A DNA stretch of 57,125 nucleotides, counting the filler, from Basidioascus undulatus (taxonomy: Eukaryota), in the NCBI GenBank assembly GCA_000826855.1. It is 3 parts of 3 records of this genome, joined end to end, with 100 filler letters (N's around TTAATTAATTAA, not from the genome) between each part and the next. Parts side by side here need not be neighbours in the genome. Positions count along the whole stretch, not along the records: positions 38,153 to 57,125 come from JTLS01000443.1; 2 more parts are not named here. The stretch is one strand, 5' to 3'. Of this stretch, positions 38,153 to 49,288 are shown one piece after another. Under the pieces are notes generated by a model. That model had not been told where the DNA came from, ran no database searches, and worked only from the letters and a program-made list of their open reading frames with translations. The position numbers were made by a program, and so were the translations under genes. Each line of letters opens with the position of its first letter. Position 1 is the stretch's first letter.

Positions 38153-38988
38153 CTCGTCGAGGCGCTCCGCGCGCTTACGCTCGAATGCGGCCCGGTACCG
38201 CTCGTACCCGTCTCGGAAGATGCGGTCGACGCGGTTGTTGAAGATGAGCTCCCCGCGGGGGTTCGTCGTGGGCGGGAGGGGCGCCATCGTCTTTGTTTGG
38301 CGCGTGGGGGTCGTGATCCCCGACCCCGTCTTTGGGGTTGCGCGAGGGGCGGGAGGCGGGTCGGAGGAGAGGAAGAGCGAGAGTGGGAACGGGCGGCGGG
38401 GGCGCTGGCGCATGTTTAGCGCCATGTTGAAGGAGCGCAGGGCACGGTTGCAGTGCGGGACGTAGCTGCGGGAGGAGGAGGGGTGAGCTTGGTAGGGAGG
38501 GGGGAGGAGGAAGGAGGGTACCGGTTCGCGTAAGCTATGCGCTCGGAGTAGACGCCGGAGAGGAAGAAGAGGATGAGGGTCGTCACGCAGACGAGGAGTA
38601 GGCCGACGAGGAAGTAGTGCGTGTAGGGGTGGTGCTGTGTGATCGAGCGCGTCAGCTTCGGGCGAGAGATAGAAAGCTGAGGGCGGCGCACCGGCGTATC
38701 GTCCAGCACGACCTTCCACGAAAGCCCCACGATCAAGCACACCAGCACGCCGAGAAACACTGTCTCCCGCACGATCCCCATCCCTCATTAGTCCCTGCCC
38801 TCCCTTCTCCCCCCCTCCCCAAGAGAAGACTGACCCTCGTATCTCCTCCTCCTCCGGCGGAGCGCAGCAGCGTTCTGCTTGAGGCGCTCCTCGAAGCGGA
38901 GGATCTCTTTGTAGGTCACTTGGTCCGCCGGGGGAGTCCAGCTCGGCGTTGTGCGCACATGGCGCTGCGATGAGGGCCGCGGTGGCAT
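38153..38988 (-). CDS. SPO7: Spo7, regulatory subunit of the Nem1-Spo7 phosphatase (3' end lost in gap)
   Basis: TYKEILRFEERLKQNAAALRRRRRRYE|VFL, two TM segments, TTLILFFLSGVYSERIAYANRYVPHCNRALRSFNM, NPRGELIFNNRVDRIFRDGYERYRAAFERKR. Confidence 0.9.
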
Positions 38989-40010
38989 GAATGGGCAGCG
39001 TTAATAGTGGAATGTGGACGGTGGATGGTACCGTAGAAGGTAGATTCAAGGTCCAGGGGAAACGCGTGAGGCGAGGGTGGCTGGGGAAGTGACATGAGGC
39101 TGGGTGGTGGGTCAGAAGCAGTTTGTGTGCTTGAGATGGGCGCCAAACTACTGTCCGGTGTACCTCATTTCCATGCAGAGTCTGCATACAGCTTCTCTCC
39201 TGGTGGGGAGTCGTTGTACCTGAAAAATTGGCCATTATTGAAAGCTCAACAGCTGATGTCGAGATCATACCACGCAGCTTGAGGAATACAGCGAAGCACA
39301 CCCGACCTAGTACTAGTGGACTCCAGGGCCTGCATCTGCAAAGTCGCGGCCTTCAGCTTGATTCAAAAATGCCACATTATTGGTGCATGGATGAGCTTCG
39401 TTTCCGTTCTGTGTAACTGATGTGAAAGATGCGAAAAAAAGAGGACTTGAACCTCGACATCGAGCGAGCACTCCCAACAGCCTCAGCGTCACAACGTCAC
39501 AACGTCATCTCTCACACCTCACACCTCATCCTCGATACGACGACTTCCACCACTTCGAGTCGAGATTGGTCGACAACGCCTTAGGGTGTGCCACCGGACC
39601 GTCCGCATACTTACATAGCGAACAAAACGAATTCCGTTGCCCAGGGTTGAGGAACAACCTGGTGGCGAAATGACGCTCATGCGTGATCGGTCCATATCCT
39701 CCTCGACTTCATCAAGCCAAGCACTCATCCACTTCGAGACAGGCGGTTCGAGACTCATCACAACTCCTACACCCGGTACTTATTCTGGAGAAGGAAAATG
39801 AATTCATGGTGGGGATTTCCACATTCGAGCTCGGCACCCGAGCCTGTCGATCAACGACCGACGCTCATCCACAGCATCAGCGTTTCTGCTCACTGACTGG
39901 GACCCACACCCGAATATGGAAGCGCCTCAGAGTACAAGAGCGTCGTATATGACCTGGGTTTTCCTTTCCCTTTGACACTCATCCTTCTAGGGCAGCACTT
40001 CGAATTCATC

Positions 40011-41281
40011 ATGAAGTTCGAACTCGCCCTCGCCGCCTCTGCGCTTTCAGCCGCCGCTGCGTCGCCCACTTTCAGGCGACAGAGCCCGCTGCCGCAGAAC
40101 AAGACGTACGGGGCAGGGGTGCGTTTCCCACTCTGTTTTTCCCGTCCAGACAGAACGCGTCGGCCTGACTGTGGGATGGTGGTAGCGTCGGGCAGTACGA
40201 CCTCGAACAACACCGCCCTCCCCAACGCCGACTGCCAACAATCCTTCTACCCCATCACCGTCACCTCGTGCGTCCCCCTTTCCCCTCCCTCCCCTCTTCC
40301 CTCCCTTCCTCCTCCCCTACTACATACACCTGAACCGGCAGTAACAACACCATCTTCCCCGACCCGAACCCGAACCCGAACCAGACCGTGATCAACAGCT
40401 CTTGCTAGAGTTCATCACCGGCGGGCAGGGCAACTTCACCGAGCAGTACTCGAACGGCACCGCCCCCGTCTCCGACGTGCAACATCTCGGGCACGCTGTG
40501 CAAGCCCCAAGAATGCGAGCAACAACGGCACTGTGCTGCTGCTCGTCCGTACGTCCCTTCCCCTCTCCCGCCTTCTTCCACCACCTTGCCTTCTCTTTCC
40601 ACCTTGCCTTCTCCAATTCACTTGTTTTCTAACCGCTCGCTCCCCGAATTCAGATGGTATCGGTTTCGACTCCTCCTACTGGACCTTCGGCTACGCGCCG
40701 GAATACAACTACGCCCAAGCGGCCGCGGACGGGGAACGCCACCTTTCGATACGACCGGCTCGGCACGGGCCTCTCGGGGAAGCCGCACGACGTCGTCCAG
40801 GCTCCGACGGACCTTGCGATTCTCACGGAGATTGTTGGCGGGCTGCGCGACAGCTCGCTTGTGAACGAGTCGTTTGAGCAGGTCGTCGGTGTTGGATACG
40901 CTCCTACGCTCCTCTTCTTCAATTGCCCAAGAAATACAGCTTTCGCTAATACACGCCTTTTGAAACAGTCACTATTACGGCTCTGTCCAGCTTGACGCGC
41001 TCGTTGCGCAGGACTTGGAGAGCCTTGATGCTATCGTACTGACTGGCTTCTCGGCTAACACGACCGCTACGCCGCTTTACCTGTGAGTTCATCGTGTTCT
41101 CTCCATGCTAAGAGCAATAATCTGACTGGTCTTCTCTTGCGACAGTGGTGGTGGCGCGTACACCACCGCGACCGAGGTCTTGCCCGGCCGCTTCCACGAG
41201 AGCGAGCTGCCGAACGCGTACCTGTTGGCCAGTACTTTCCGCCTCGTCTTTGTATCACGCCTTCTCACCCAAAAATTATGA
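40011..41281 (+). pseudogene. Secreted alpha/beta-hydrolase-fold protein, disabled
   Basis: Signal peptide MKFELALAASALSAAAASP; family motifs NISGTLC, LLVHGIGFDSSYW, TFRYDRLGTGLSGKP, VVGVG|HYYGS, DAIVLTGFS. At least four frameshifts (~40400, ~40478, ~40506, ~40731), donor ATACGC at 40896 instead of GTACGC, Tyr at the GxSxG serine position, and an abrupt 3' truncation. Confidence 0.8.
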
Positions 41282-41891
41282 GAGAGTAGAGAGTAGATTT
41301 GAGATCAGAAGGATGAAGGATAATTTAATTGCACGACATTATTAGCGATTGTCATTGGTGTGTTGTTTGCGCCGGCGCGTAGATCTTTGAGGCAGCCAGC
41401 TTGTCGCCATGTGATTAAGTTGGAAGGAATGTGATGAGTTGAACGCTCGCTGCATTTGGACCATATGAGCTGCATGCCCTGTTGCTTGTGGGGAGAAGCA
41501 GAGGAGAGGTTCGCACCCGCTGGCCGGTGGCAAGTTGACTGCTGCCGATCGGCCTGACACTTTCATTTCTACTGAGTCGATTGGGGCTATGAGCCATATT
41601 TTGCGTAATGACTGCTGGCTGCATGACTTTTCAGCGCACGAAACTATCCGTTCATGCGGGGGTGAAAAGGGCGAGCTGCCATTGGCTGGGAAGGACCAGT
41701 TTGACAGCGAAACACTCGGATCATCGGCAAAGCAAGCCGGGTTTTGAGAATCAAGATGCGCATGATTCAGAAATCTCCGGCAGTCTTCCTCCTTGAGCCG
41801 GTCTCTTGATCCCACTGCACCCCGCCCCTTACCGACTTTCCCCCATCTCCATCATCATCCTCCCCATCGCGGACCGCATCCACGCACCGCC

Positions 41892-44269
41892 ATGGCGACC
41901 AAGCAGCCGACTCGCCTGCTCACCCGCACCGCCGCACGCCGCGGTCTCCTTGCGTCCTCCCCCTCTGCCCTCGCCGCCCTCCTCGCCCGCCCATCGCTCC
42001 GCACGGCCGCCGCCATCCCTGCGCGCGCATTCTCGAGCACCTCCTTACGCCTGCGCGCCACCGCGGTCGAGGACGACGGCGCCGGCACGGCCGCTGCGTT
42101 CTCGGTCGAGGACGTTGAGCGCGCGGAGGACGACGTGGACGTCTGCATCGTTGGTGCTGGGCCTGCCGGGCTGAGCGCGGCGATCCGGATAAAGCAGCTG
42201 AATGAGGACTTGCGAGTCATCGTGCTGGAGAAGGGTCCCGAAGTCGGTGAGTTGACGTGTACTGGCTGAGCAGTGGCGAGGGATTTCGAGGATCGGGCAT
42301 CTCTCGGGGTATGCTGAGGTGTGCTGACGACTCTTCCCCTCGACGGCGCAGGCTCCCACATCCTCTCCGGCGCGGTCATCGAGCCGCGCGCGCTGGACGA
42401 GCTCATCCCCAACTGGAAAGATCTCGGCGCGCCGCTGAACCAGCCCGCGGTCTCGGACCACATGCGCTTCCTCACCAAGAACTCGTCTTTCCCTCTCCCG
42501 CACCCGCCGCAGATGTCCAACAAGGGCAACTACATCGTCTCGCTCTCGCGCGTTACCGCGTGGCTCGGCGAGCAGGCCGAGGCCGCCGGCGTCGAGATCT
42601 ACCCGGGCTTCGCCGGCGCCGGCGTGCGCTGGAAGGACGGCCGCGTCGCGGGCGTGATCACGAATGAAGTCGGGCTCGACAAGGACGGCCAGCCTAAGGA
42701 CAGCTTCGAGCCGGGCATGGTGTTCAATGCGCGCGTCACGCTCCTCGGCGAGGGCGCGCACGGCAGCTTGAGCAAGAAAGTCATCGAGCGCTTCAACCTC
42801 CGCGACGGTCGGGACCCGCAGACGTACGGCCTGGGTATCAAGGAGGTGCGTTAGCTTACCCTTGTGCTCTCTGGCTTCAGTTGCTTCGTGTGACGGGATT
42901 GACTGATACTTTTGGGTGAGCAGGTCTGGCGCGTCGACCCGTCCAAGCACCGCCCCGGCGAGATCGTCCACACCCTCGGCTGGCCGCTCGACAAGAGCGT
43001 GTACGGCGGCAGCTGGTGCTACCACATGGAAGACAACCTCGTTTCGATCGGTCTCGTCGTCGGCCTGGACTATGAGAACCCGTATATCTCTCCTTTCCGC
43101 GAGTTCCAGGTTAGTCTTTTCCTTTGGCCTGCCCCGAGCCATTCGTCCTGACCCCCCTTTTTCTCCAACACAGCGCATGAAGCACCACCCGCTCTTCGCA
43201 GAGCTGCTCGAGGGCGGCGAGTGCCTCGCGTACGGCGGGCGCGTCCTGAACGAGGGCGGTCTGCAGTCGATCCCGCAGTTGCACTTCCCGGGCGGCGCTC
43301 TTATCGGATGCTCGGCCGGCTTCGTCAACGTCCCCAAGATCAAGGGCACGCACAATGCGATGAAGTCCGGGATGCTCGCTGCGGAGGCGGCGGTCGACGC
43401 GCTCGCGAAGGCGGGCGAGGACGCTGAGGCGGAGGTCGACATGCGCGCGTACGAGGACAAGGTCAAGGGCAGCTGGATCTGGGAGGAGCTCAACGAGGTC
43501 CGTAACCTCCGCCCCAGCTTCCACAACCCGCTCGGCCTCTACGGCGGCGTCCTCTACTCCGGCATCGACTCCATCCTCCTCAAGGGCCGCACGCCGTGGA
43601 CGTTCCACCACCCCAAGCCCGACTACGCTGCGACCCGTCCGGCTTCGTGCGTTTCCTCTATCCTTTCCCTCTTCCCCTTTTAAGCTTCTTCTGACTCTCT
43701 TCTCATCACCCGCAGTGAGTTCACTCCCATCGAGTACCCCTCGCCCGACGGGAAGCTCTCTTTCGACATCCTCACGTCCGTCTCGCGCACGTCGACGAAC
43801 CACGCCGAGAACCAGCCTGTGCACCTGCGGCTGCACGACAACGCGTCGCGCGCAAGCCGCAAGCGGCACACCGAGATCAACGTCGGCCAGTACGCGGGGC
43901 TCCTCCAGCGCGCGTGCCCCGCGGCCGTGTACGAGTACCGGGACGTGAACGAGGACGGCGGGGAGGAGGACGCGCTCGGCCACCGGTTCGTTATCAACTC
44001 GCAGAACTGCATCCATTGCAAGACGTGCGACATCAAGGTCCCCACGCAGGACATTGACTGGTACGTCTGCGCTCTCCTCACGCGCTCCTCGCTTTCTCTT
44101 CTCCTTCGTTTAGACCGCGCGTGCTGACTTTCCCGTCCTCGCCAATGCAGGACCGTTCCCGAAGGCGGTGGCGGGCCCAAGTACTGTGCGTGTCCTTTCT
44201 CATTCCCTGCCCCTCCTCCTTCAGAACTTGGATCTGACCAGTCGTCTCGCATCGGCAGCTCTCACTTGA
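41892..44269 (+). CDS. ETFDH: Electron transfer flavoprotein-ubiquinone oxidoreductase, mitochondrial (ETFDH/CIR2)
   Basis: Arg/Ala-rich presequence; DVCIVGAGPAGLSAAIRIKQ; LEKGPEVGSHILSGAV; QTYGLGIKEVW; HTLGWPL; EGGLQSIP; GFVNVPKIKGTHNAMKSGMLAAE; 4Fe-4S motifs CPAAVYEY and NSQNCIHCKTCDIK; WTVPEGGGGPKY. Confidence 0.98.
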
Positions 44270-44998
44270 GCATGGTCTCGAACAATGTTTTGCATTGTAT
44301 ATACGCATATTTGTATTCTCACGCACAAATCGAACATCAACGTGGTTAAACTTTCGACTTTTTGGGTATCTTCAAGAATCGCATGAAGATATCGAAGCGC
44401 AGAATGAGGCCCATCATTCATAATCTCCGTCGATGGCCTCCGTAACCGAACCCATCTCGTTCGACGTGAAGATGAGTAGCTCTACCTTCTTGAGCAGCTT
44501 GGGGTATCGCTTCTGGCCTGCTGGTCGGGCAGCAGAATTTCAACCTGGCGCAGATGAAAACGGTGCAATGGTTGCAAACGAGCGCAGCCAAGCGTTTGAC
44601 TCAAGATAGAAATCCAGTCTTAGCAAAACTAATGAACCCCTGGGCTGCAGCAGAAGTAGGGTGAGCCAGAAAGCACATGCTATCGCTGTGGGGGTCCATC
44701 AAACTCACTGGTTGCACGCGAAGCACAGGTTCGCGAGACTCTTGATGTTGACGACGTCCAGCCAGGGGTTGATGATCTCCTCGCTCTGAAGCATGATTCA
44801 ACTGTTAGCCCACTTCGACCACTGACCTCGCCCCGCCACCCCGCCACATGGTTGGCGCACGCACCGTTGCCACACGCTCGAGCTCCGCGAGGATGGCCTC
44901 AGGGGTGCCAAATGGCGCGGACTGGTGAGGAGGAACAAGCCCAAGGTGCGCCGTTACCCCCTCCTACTTGAGGACAACTTGGATACTGCAAAACATTG

Positions 44999-45050
44999 CG
45001 TCAAGCCCACAAAAGAGTAAGAGACGTCAAGCCCACAAAAGAGTAAGAGA
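44999..45050. repeat. Perfect 26-bp tandem duplication CGTCAAGCCCACAAAAGAGTAAGAGA x2
   Basis: Units at 44999-45024 and 45025-45050 are identical. Confidence 0.95.
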
Positions 45051-45725
45051 GAGACGGAAGACGCACATGACATCGCCAGGGGTTGCGACCTACTTTTGGG
45101 ACATGTTCGGCCTGCGTAATCGTTCTGAACGTCGAGGGTGAGAGATTTCTTTGGAAACCCTTAAACAAGTTTCTTCAGGAAGACTTGGTTTGCGAAAGCA
45201 AGTTGCATCTCATCTTTCTAGCCTGCGCGTGCGCAGTCTCGGAGGACGTCGCAGCAGCGCAAGTACAGCTCCCATGGGACACTGCGGGGACCTGCGCAGT
45301 GACCCAGCACTTTCATTGGACCGTATAACAGAATTCAATTAGAACGCAAATTATATTTACCGTGAAGGTCGTTCTTCAAGGTTACTGAGCACTTACCTTG
45401 TCTGCCGTTAGCGATACTATACGCGGGCGTACCTGTGTTGCCAGCAGCTGCCCACGGAGGCACCACTTTGCGCCGCGTCCAGGCATTTTAACACTCAATT
45501 AGGACCTCCAATATTTGTTACACCTTTTGCCTGCGTTCAACCCGGCGTTGGGCTGATGTTGTCCGGCAAAGCAAGGCAAAGGCCCACTCCATACTTTCCG
45601 CGGAAACACCTGGGACCCCTAAGGCGCTCAACATCGACGAACGTCAAGAGACGGTGATCCGGGTAAACCGGCAACGGTTTCTCCTTCGACCATCACCGTC
45701 AACTCACTGCGTACTCATCCTCAAA

Positions 45726-47440
45726 ATGCCCTCCGTCGAACTCGTCACGCTTCCCGCAGAGCTTCTCGTATTGATCCTGACTCGGCTCGATGTTCGCTCG
45801 CTCCTTCGCTGCACCTCGACGTGTCAGCTTCTTCGAAGCCTCCTCCATACTCAGGCTGTTCAGCGGGCCTTCTATCTCTCCCTCTCATCACTTTCAAACT
45901 CGTCGATGCATCCCACGGCCGCCATTGCCCACTACAGGGCCTTCTCGACCGGTCGCTTCACCAGGCGCTCGCGGCTTAAGGACGCCGACAGTCTGGGCGA
46001 TGCGGGCGTTTTCTCTTCGATGGACAAGGTCTACGCTCAATGCAACGAACACACCGTGCAGGTGTATCAGTTCACCGGGCCCGGAGACGAGTTTGGCAGC
46101 GACAGCGAGGCTGTGATTTCGCCTGCTTGGGAGATGACGGTCGACTTTGTCATCGAGGACCTCGAGATCGTCCCCTCGCAAGACCTCCTCTTGTTGGTGG
46201 AAGCACTGCCGTTAGCCTTTCTAGTCCTTATTATCAAAAATTTACCTTGCCCTGACGCACTCTTGGAGCAATACAGGACTGTACCGGCCAAGTTTCGTCT
46301 TCACTTCCTCTCTCTGTCGACTGGCCTGCCGCACCTGCATACTCTTCATTCCGTTTACACACACCCATACCTCCACGCGATCACCGGGATGCCAGCCGTC
46401 TGGGACGAAACTATCTGCTGTGTTCGTATCACTGACAAGTGGCTTGGCGTCTTCGGGGACGGAGGAAAGCTCGTCTTTTGGCCCTGGAGGAGCATGGGCT
46501 CACCGACAGTGCGTGCTTTCGGCTTGCTTGCCTATCCACTCCGTCCACTCAGCAACACTTACTTACCATTATTTTACGCTTCACAGGTCCTCCGGCCATC
46601 GGCTCCTCGCTACGATGTTACGTTTTTCGCCTTCCTTTCGCGCAACGTAGTGCTCTTCACTTCGGTTCCGCGTCCCAGCGTCAACCCCTCCCGCAACGAA
46701 GGGCTCAGTCCGTCCCTAGAACTCGCTTCGCTTTCTAACCCTCTCGAACCGGCTACCTCGCTCGCGCTGCCTCAGACGGCCCCAGACGCTGCCCCCGCTT
46801 TCGCTCGCATCACATCGCAACGCTACACTTTACCGGAGCCCTTCTCAGATGCTGCGAGCACAATCTTGTGGCTCGACGTGATTTACGGTCAGAACCACAG
46901 CGTACTGCAGCTTTCCTGTGTCATCCCCGTGTCTCTCCTCCTCGCGCAACTGGGACGCGGCGGCACGGTTAGCTGGGACGACTGGGCTGGGAACGGTGCG
47001 CGATGGTTTCGAAAGGCCATGATGCCTGTCGCGCCGAACGTCGCCGGTGACCGTGCCTGCGTTCTCCTGCGGGGCAACGATTCGCGGTGGGCGATATTGG
47101 ACTTCTCGCAGCTGCGCGTCGCCAAGCTTGCACACGAGCAGCGTGCCTCTTCCACTTCGGACGCGCTGTCAAACACCCCCGCGTCTCCTCGTCCCAAGCT
47201 ACATACCGATTTGCACATTTTCGACACGCCTGCTTTCTGCGAGCCCGTCGCTTCCGCTCTGTCGTACGCGGAGATTGTTCTGGACGTCGAGGACGGTCTT
47301 CTCGACAACTCGTGGCCGCTTTTAGATCAAGAGAACATGATAATATTTGTAAGCTATCCATTTTTGAAGTTCGATGCTCCGGGCTAACGTGTACAACTGT
47401 GCAGGATGCAGACGGTGGGGCAACGGTGCTGGAACCGTAA
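45726..47440 (+). CDS. F-box protein (basidiomycete-type, uncharacterised C-terminal region)
   Basis: N-terminal F-box LVTLPAELLVLILTRLDVRSLLRCTSTCQLLRSLL; downstream PSQDLLLLVE, LHFLSLSTGLPH, VSWDDW, ILDFSQ. Predicted introns 46211-46276, 46509-46586, 47349-47404. Confidence 0.85.
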
Positions 47441-47747
47441 TCAGCAGGTCGGGGTTCTGTTGAGCATTCATGACGCACATTATTTCTGCAATACTCTCGC
47501 ACGAGGTTGATTTTTCGCGTACTTGGGTTCAGAGTGGGCACCTGCATTCAGATTGGCAGGTCAATGCCTTATCCCCCGCGTGGCACCTTGTGGCTTCTCA
47601 ATGTGAGCAGTTTTGAAGTGTACATTGTAGGTGAGAGAAGCCAGGCTTCTAAGCCTCTCAAAATCGTCAATTACATCCATATCGCCAAACGAAGCGCTGT
47701 ACCGTGTCCGTAATTGATTTCAAGTGTTCACTCCTACTTCCGCCACC

Positions 47748-48172
47748 CTACTTCACGAACCCACCAGATACCTCCGAGTCCTGGCTCCTCTCACTCAACC
47801 GCATCCGGACCTCCTCCAACTGCTCGCCTTGCCGAGTCCTCCAGACGCCGCAGCACAGCCAGAACCCGAGCAGGAGCCCGACGACGACCACCCCGCCGGC
47901 AACGCCGCCCGCGATCGCGGCGATGTTTGGACCGTTGTTGTTGTAGAGTTTTGGAGTTGTAGTTGGGTCGGGAGAAGTGGTGGGTGTGGAGCTAGTGTTG
48001 ACTAGTTGAGCAGACGAGACACGCGTCAGTGCACAGTGCGTTGAGAGACCGGACTCGCGGTGGTTTGGTAACGTTGAGACGAACTTGGAGAAAGTGCGAA
48101 GTTCCCTTGCGGTAGAGCTTGAGCTTTTGAAAACGGCACGATCGTTATGGCAAGAATGGTTGCGATAACCAT
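47748..48172 (-). CDS. Small single-pass type I membrane protein (signal peptide, Ser/Thr-rich stalk, GxxxG TM; Mid2/Wsc-like architecture)
   Basis: One GT-AG intron joins MVIATILAITIVPFSKAQALPQGNFALSP to INTSSTPTTSPDPTTTPKLYNNNGPNIAAIAGGVAGGVVVVGLLLGFWLCCGVWRTRQGEQLEEVRMRLSERSQDSEVSGGFVK*. Confidence 0.65.
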
Positions 48173-49288
48173 CTTGACGAGATGAGGGGAAGATGCAGGC
48201 GAACTTGGAAACTTGGAGCGCTCAGGGCGTCGACGTACTACCCAAGATTCCCATCTGAGCGGAGCCGTTCGCATCGGGGATGAATCATACGAATAAGCCG
48301 TGAGGGTTTGGCGGCACAAGCTCTTATGGAGAGATTGTGGGTTATCCTGTTGGTCACCGACGTCGAGAACAAAAGGACATCCCGCTTATTCAAGCAGGCA
48401 GCTGCTTACTTCAACTGGGTCTTCCGGGTCACATGGGGCTTTCATGGGTAGGGTTTCCTAGACCGAAGCTTCCGGAGTGGAAGCAAGGAAGTCCCAACGC
48501 CTCCTGAGGAGAATGCCTGGCGGGCAGGCGCACGATGTGCCGCATCGCAACGCTGCAGCGCTGCACGGCTGCGTCGCCCGGACGGACATGTTGTCCTTCG
48601 CCCAGCCGCGTGAAGCAACATACATCCAGAATCTTTGCGATTGTTCTCCTTTGACCGGTTCCAGAGAGACGGTAGAGACCGACAACACGTTCGGTACGGG
48701 GTTGGACTGCAGAGCTGCAGAGCTGCAGTGCCGCCGCTTCACCGAACTTGAAGGATAAGGCTGAGGCCGACAGGCTGAGGGATACGCCGTGAGAGAACCG
48801 AAGAAAAGCATGTGTGCAATGAAAAAATTCTACAAAGTTGACGGACAAGTGGCCGTTGCCATGCAAGCCACGCACCCTTGCAGTCAACGGCAGTGGAGCA
48901 GACCGGCCAGTGCGGCACCTGCACCTCTCTTACCTTCCAGAACTAGTCCCATTGCCCGAATATGCCACAATGTCGGAATCCTCAGAGGGTTAGGTCCCCG
49001 CTGCGTTGTTGAGCTCTCTCGCTTTCTCCTCCTCTCCCACACTTTCGCTCGACAGTCCCACACGGCCCACCAGCGCAACTCAGCGTTGCAAAGCGATGCG
49101 TAATATACGAAAAATCACTGAGTCTAATAGTACATAACCAGTGCTGAAACCAACGGACAAGTGCGAAGCGGGCGAGTGCGAGCCAGTCCGGCGTCGACCG
49201 AGAAGGGAAGCGAAGGGGAAGTAGCTGATGGTAAGAATAAGGGTATAGACGGGAGAAACAAAAGAAGATGAAGAAAGCGTCCCCGCGC

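Noticed and set aside
38105..39301. 398-aa ORF in the track
   Set aside because: Chimera of upstream DNA, SPO7 introns and last exon, and the N spacer. Its stop codon comes from the artificial linker.
42045..44016. Long minus-strand ORFs (493 and 301 aa) opposite ETFDH, and similar ones opposite SEY1, KAP120 and LCB2
   Set aside because: Antisense shadows caused by high GC3 codon bias. They have no recognisable motifs and run through introns of the real gene.
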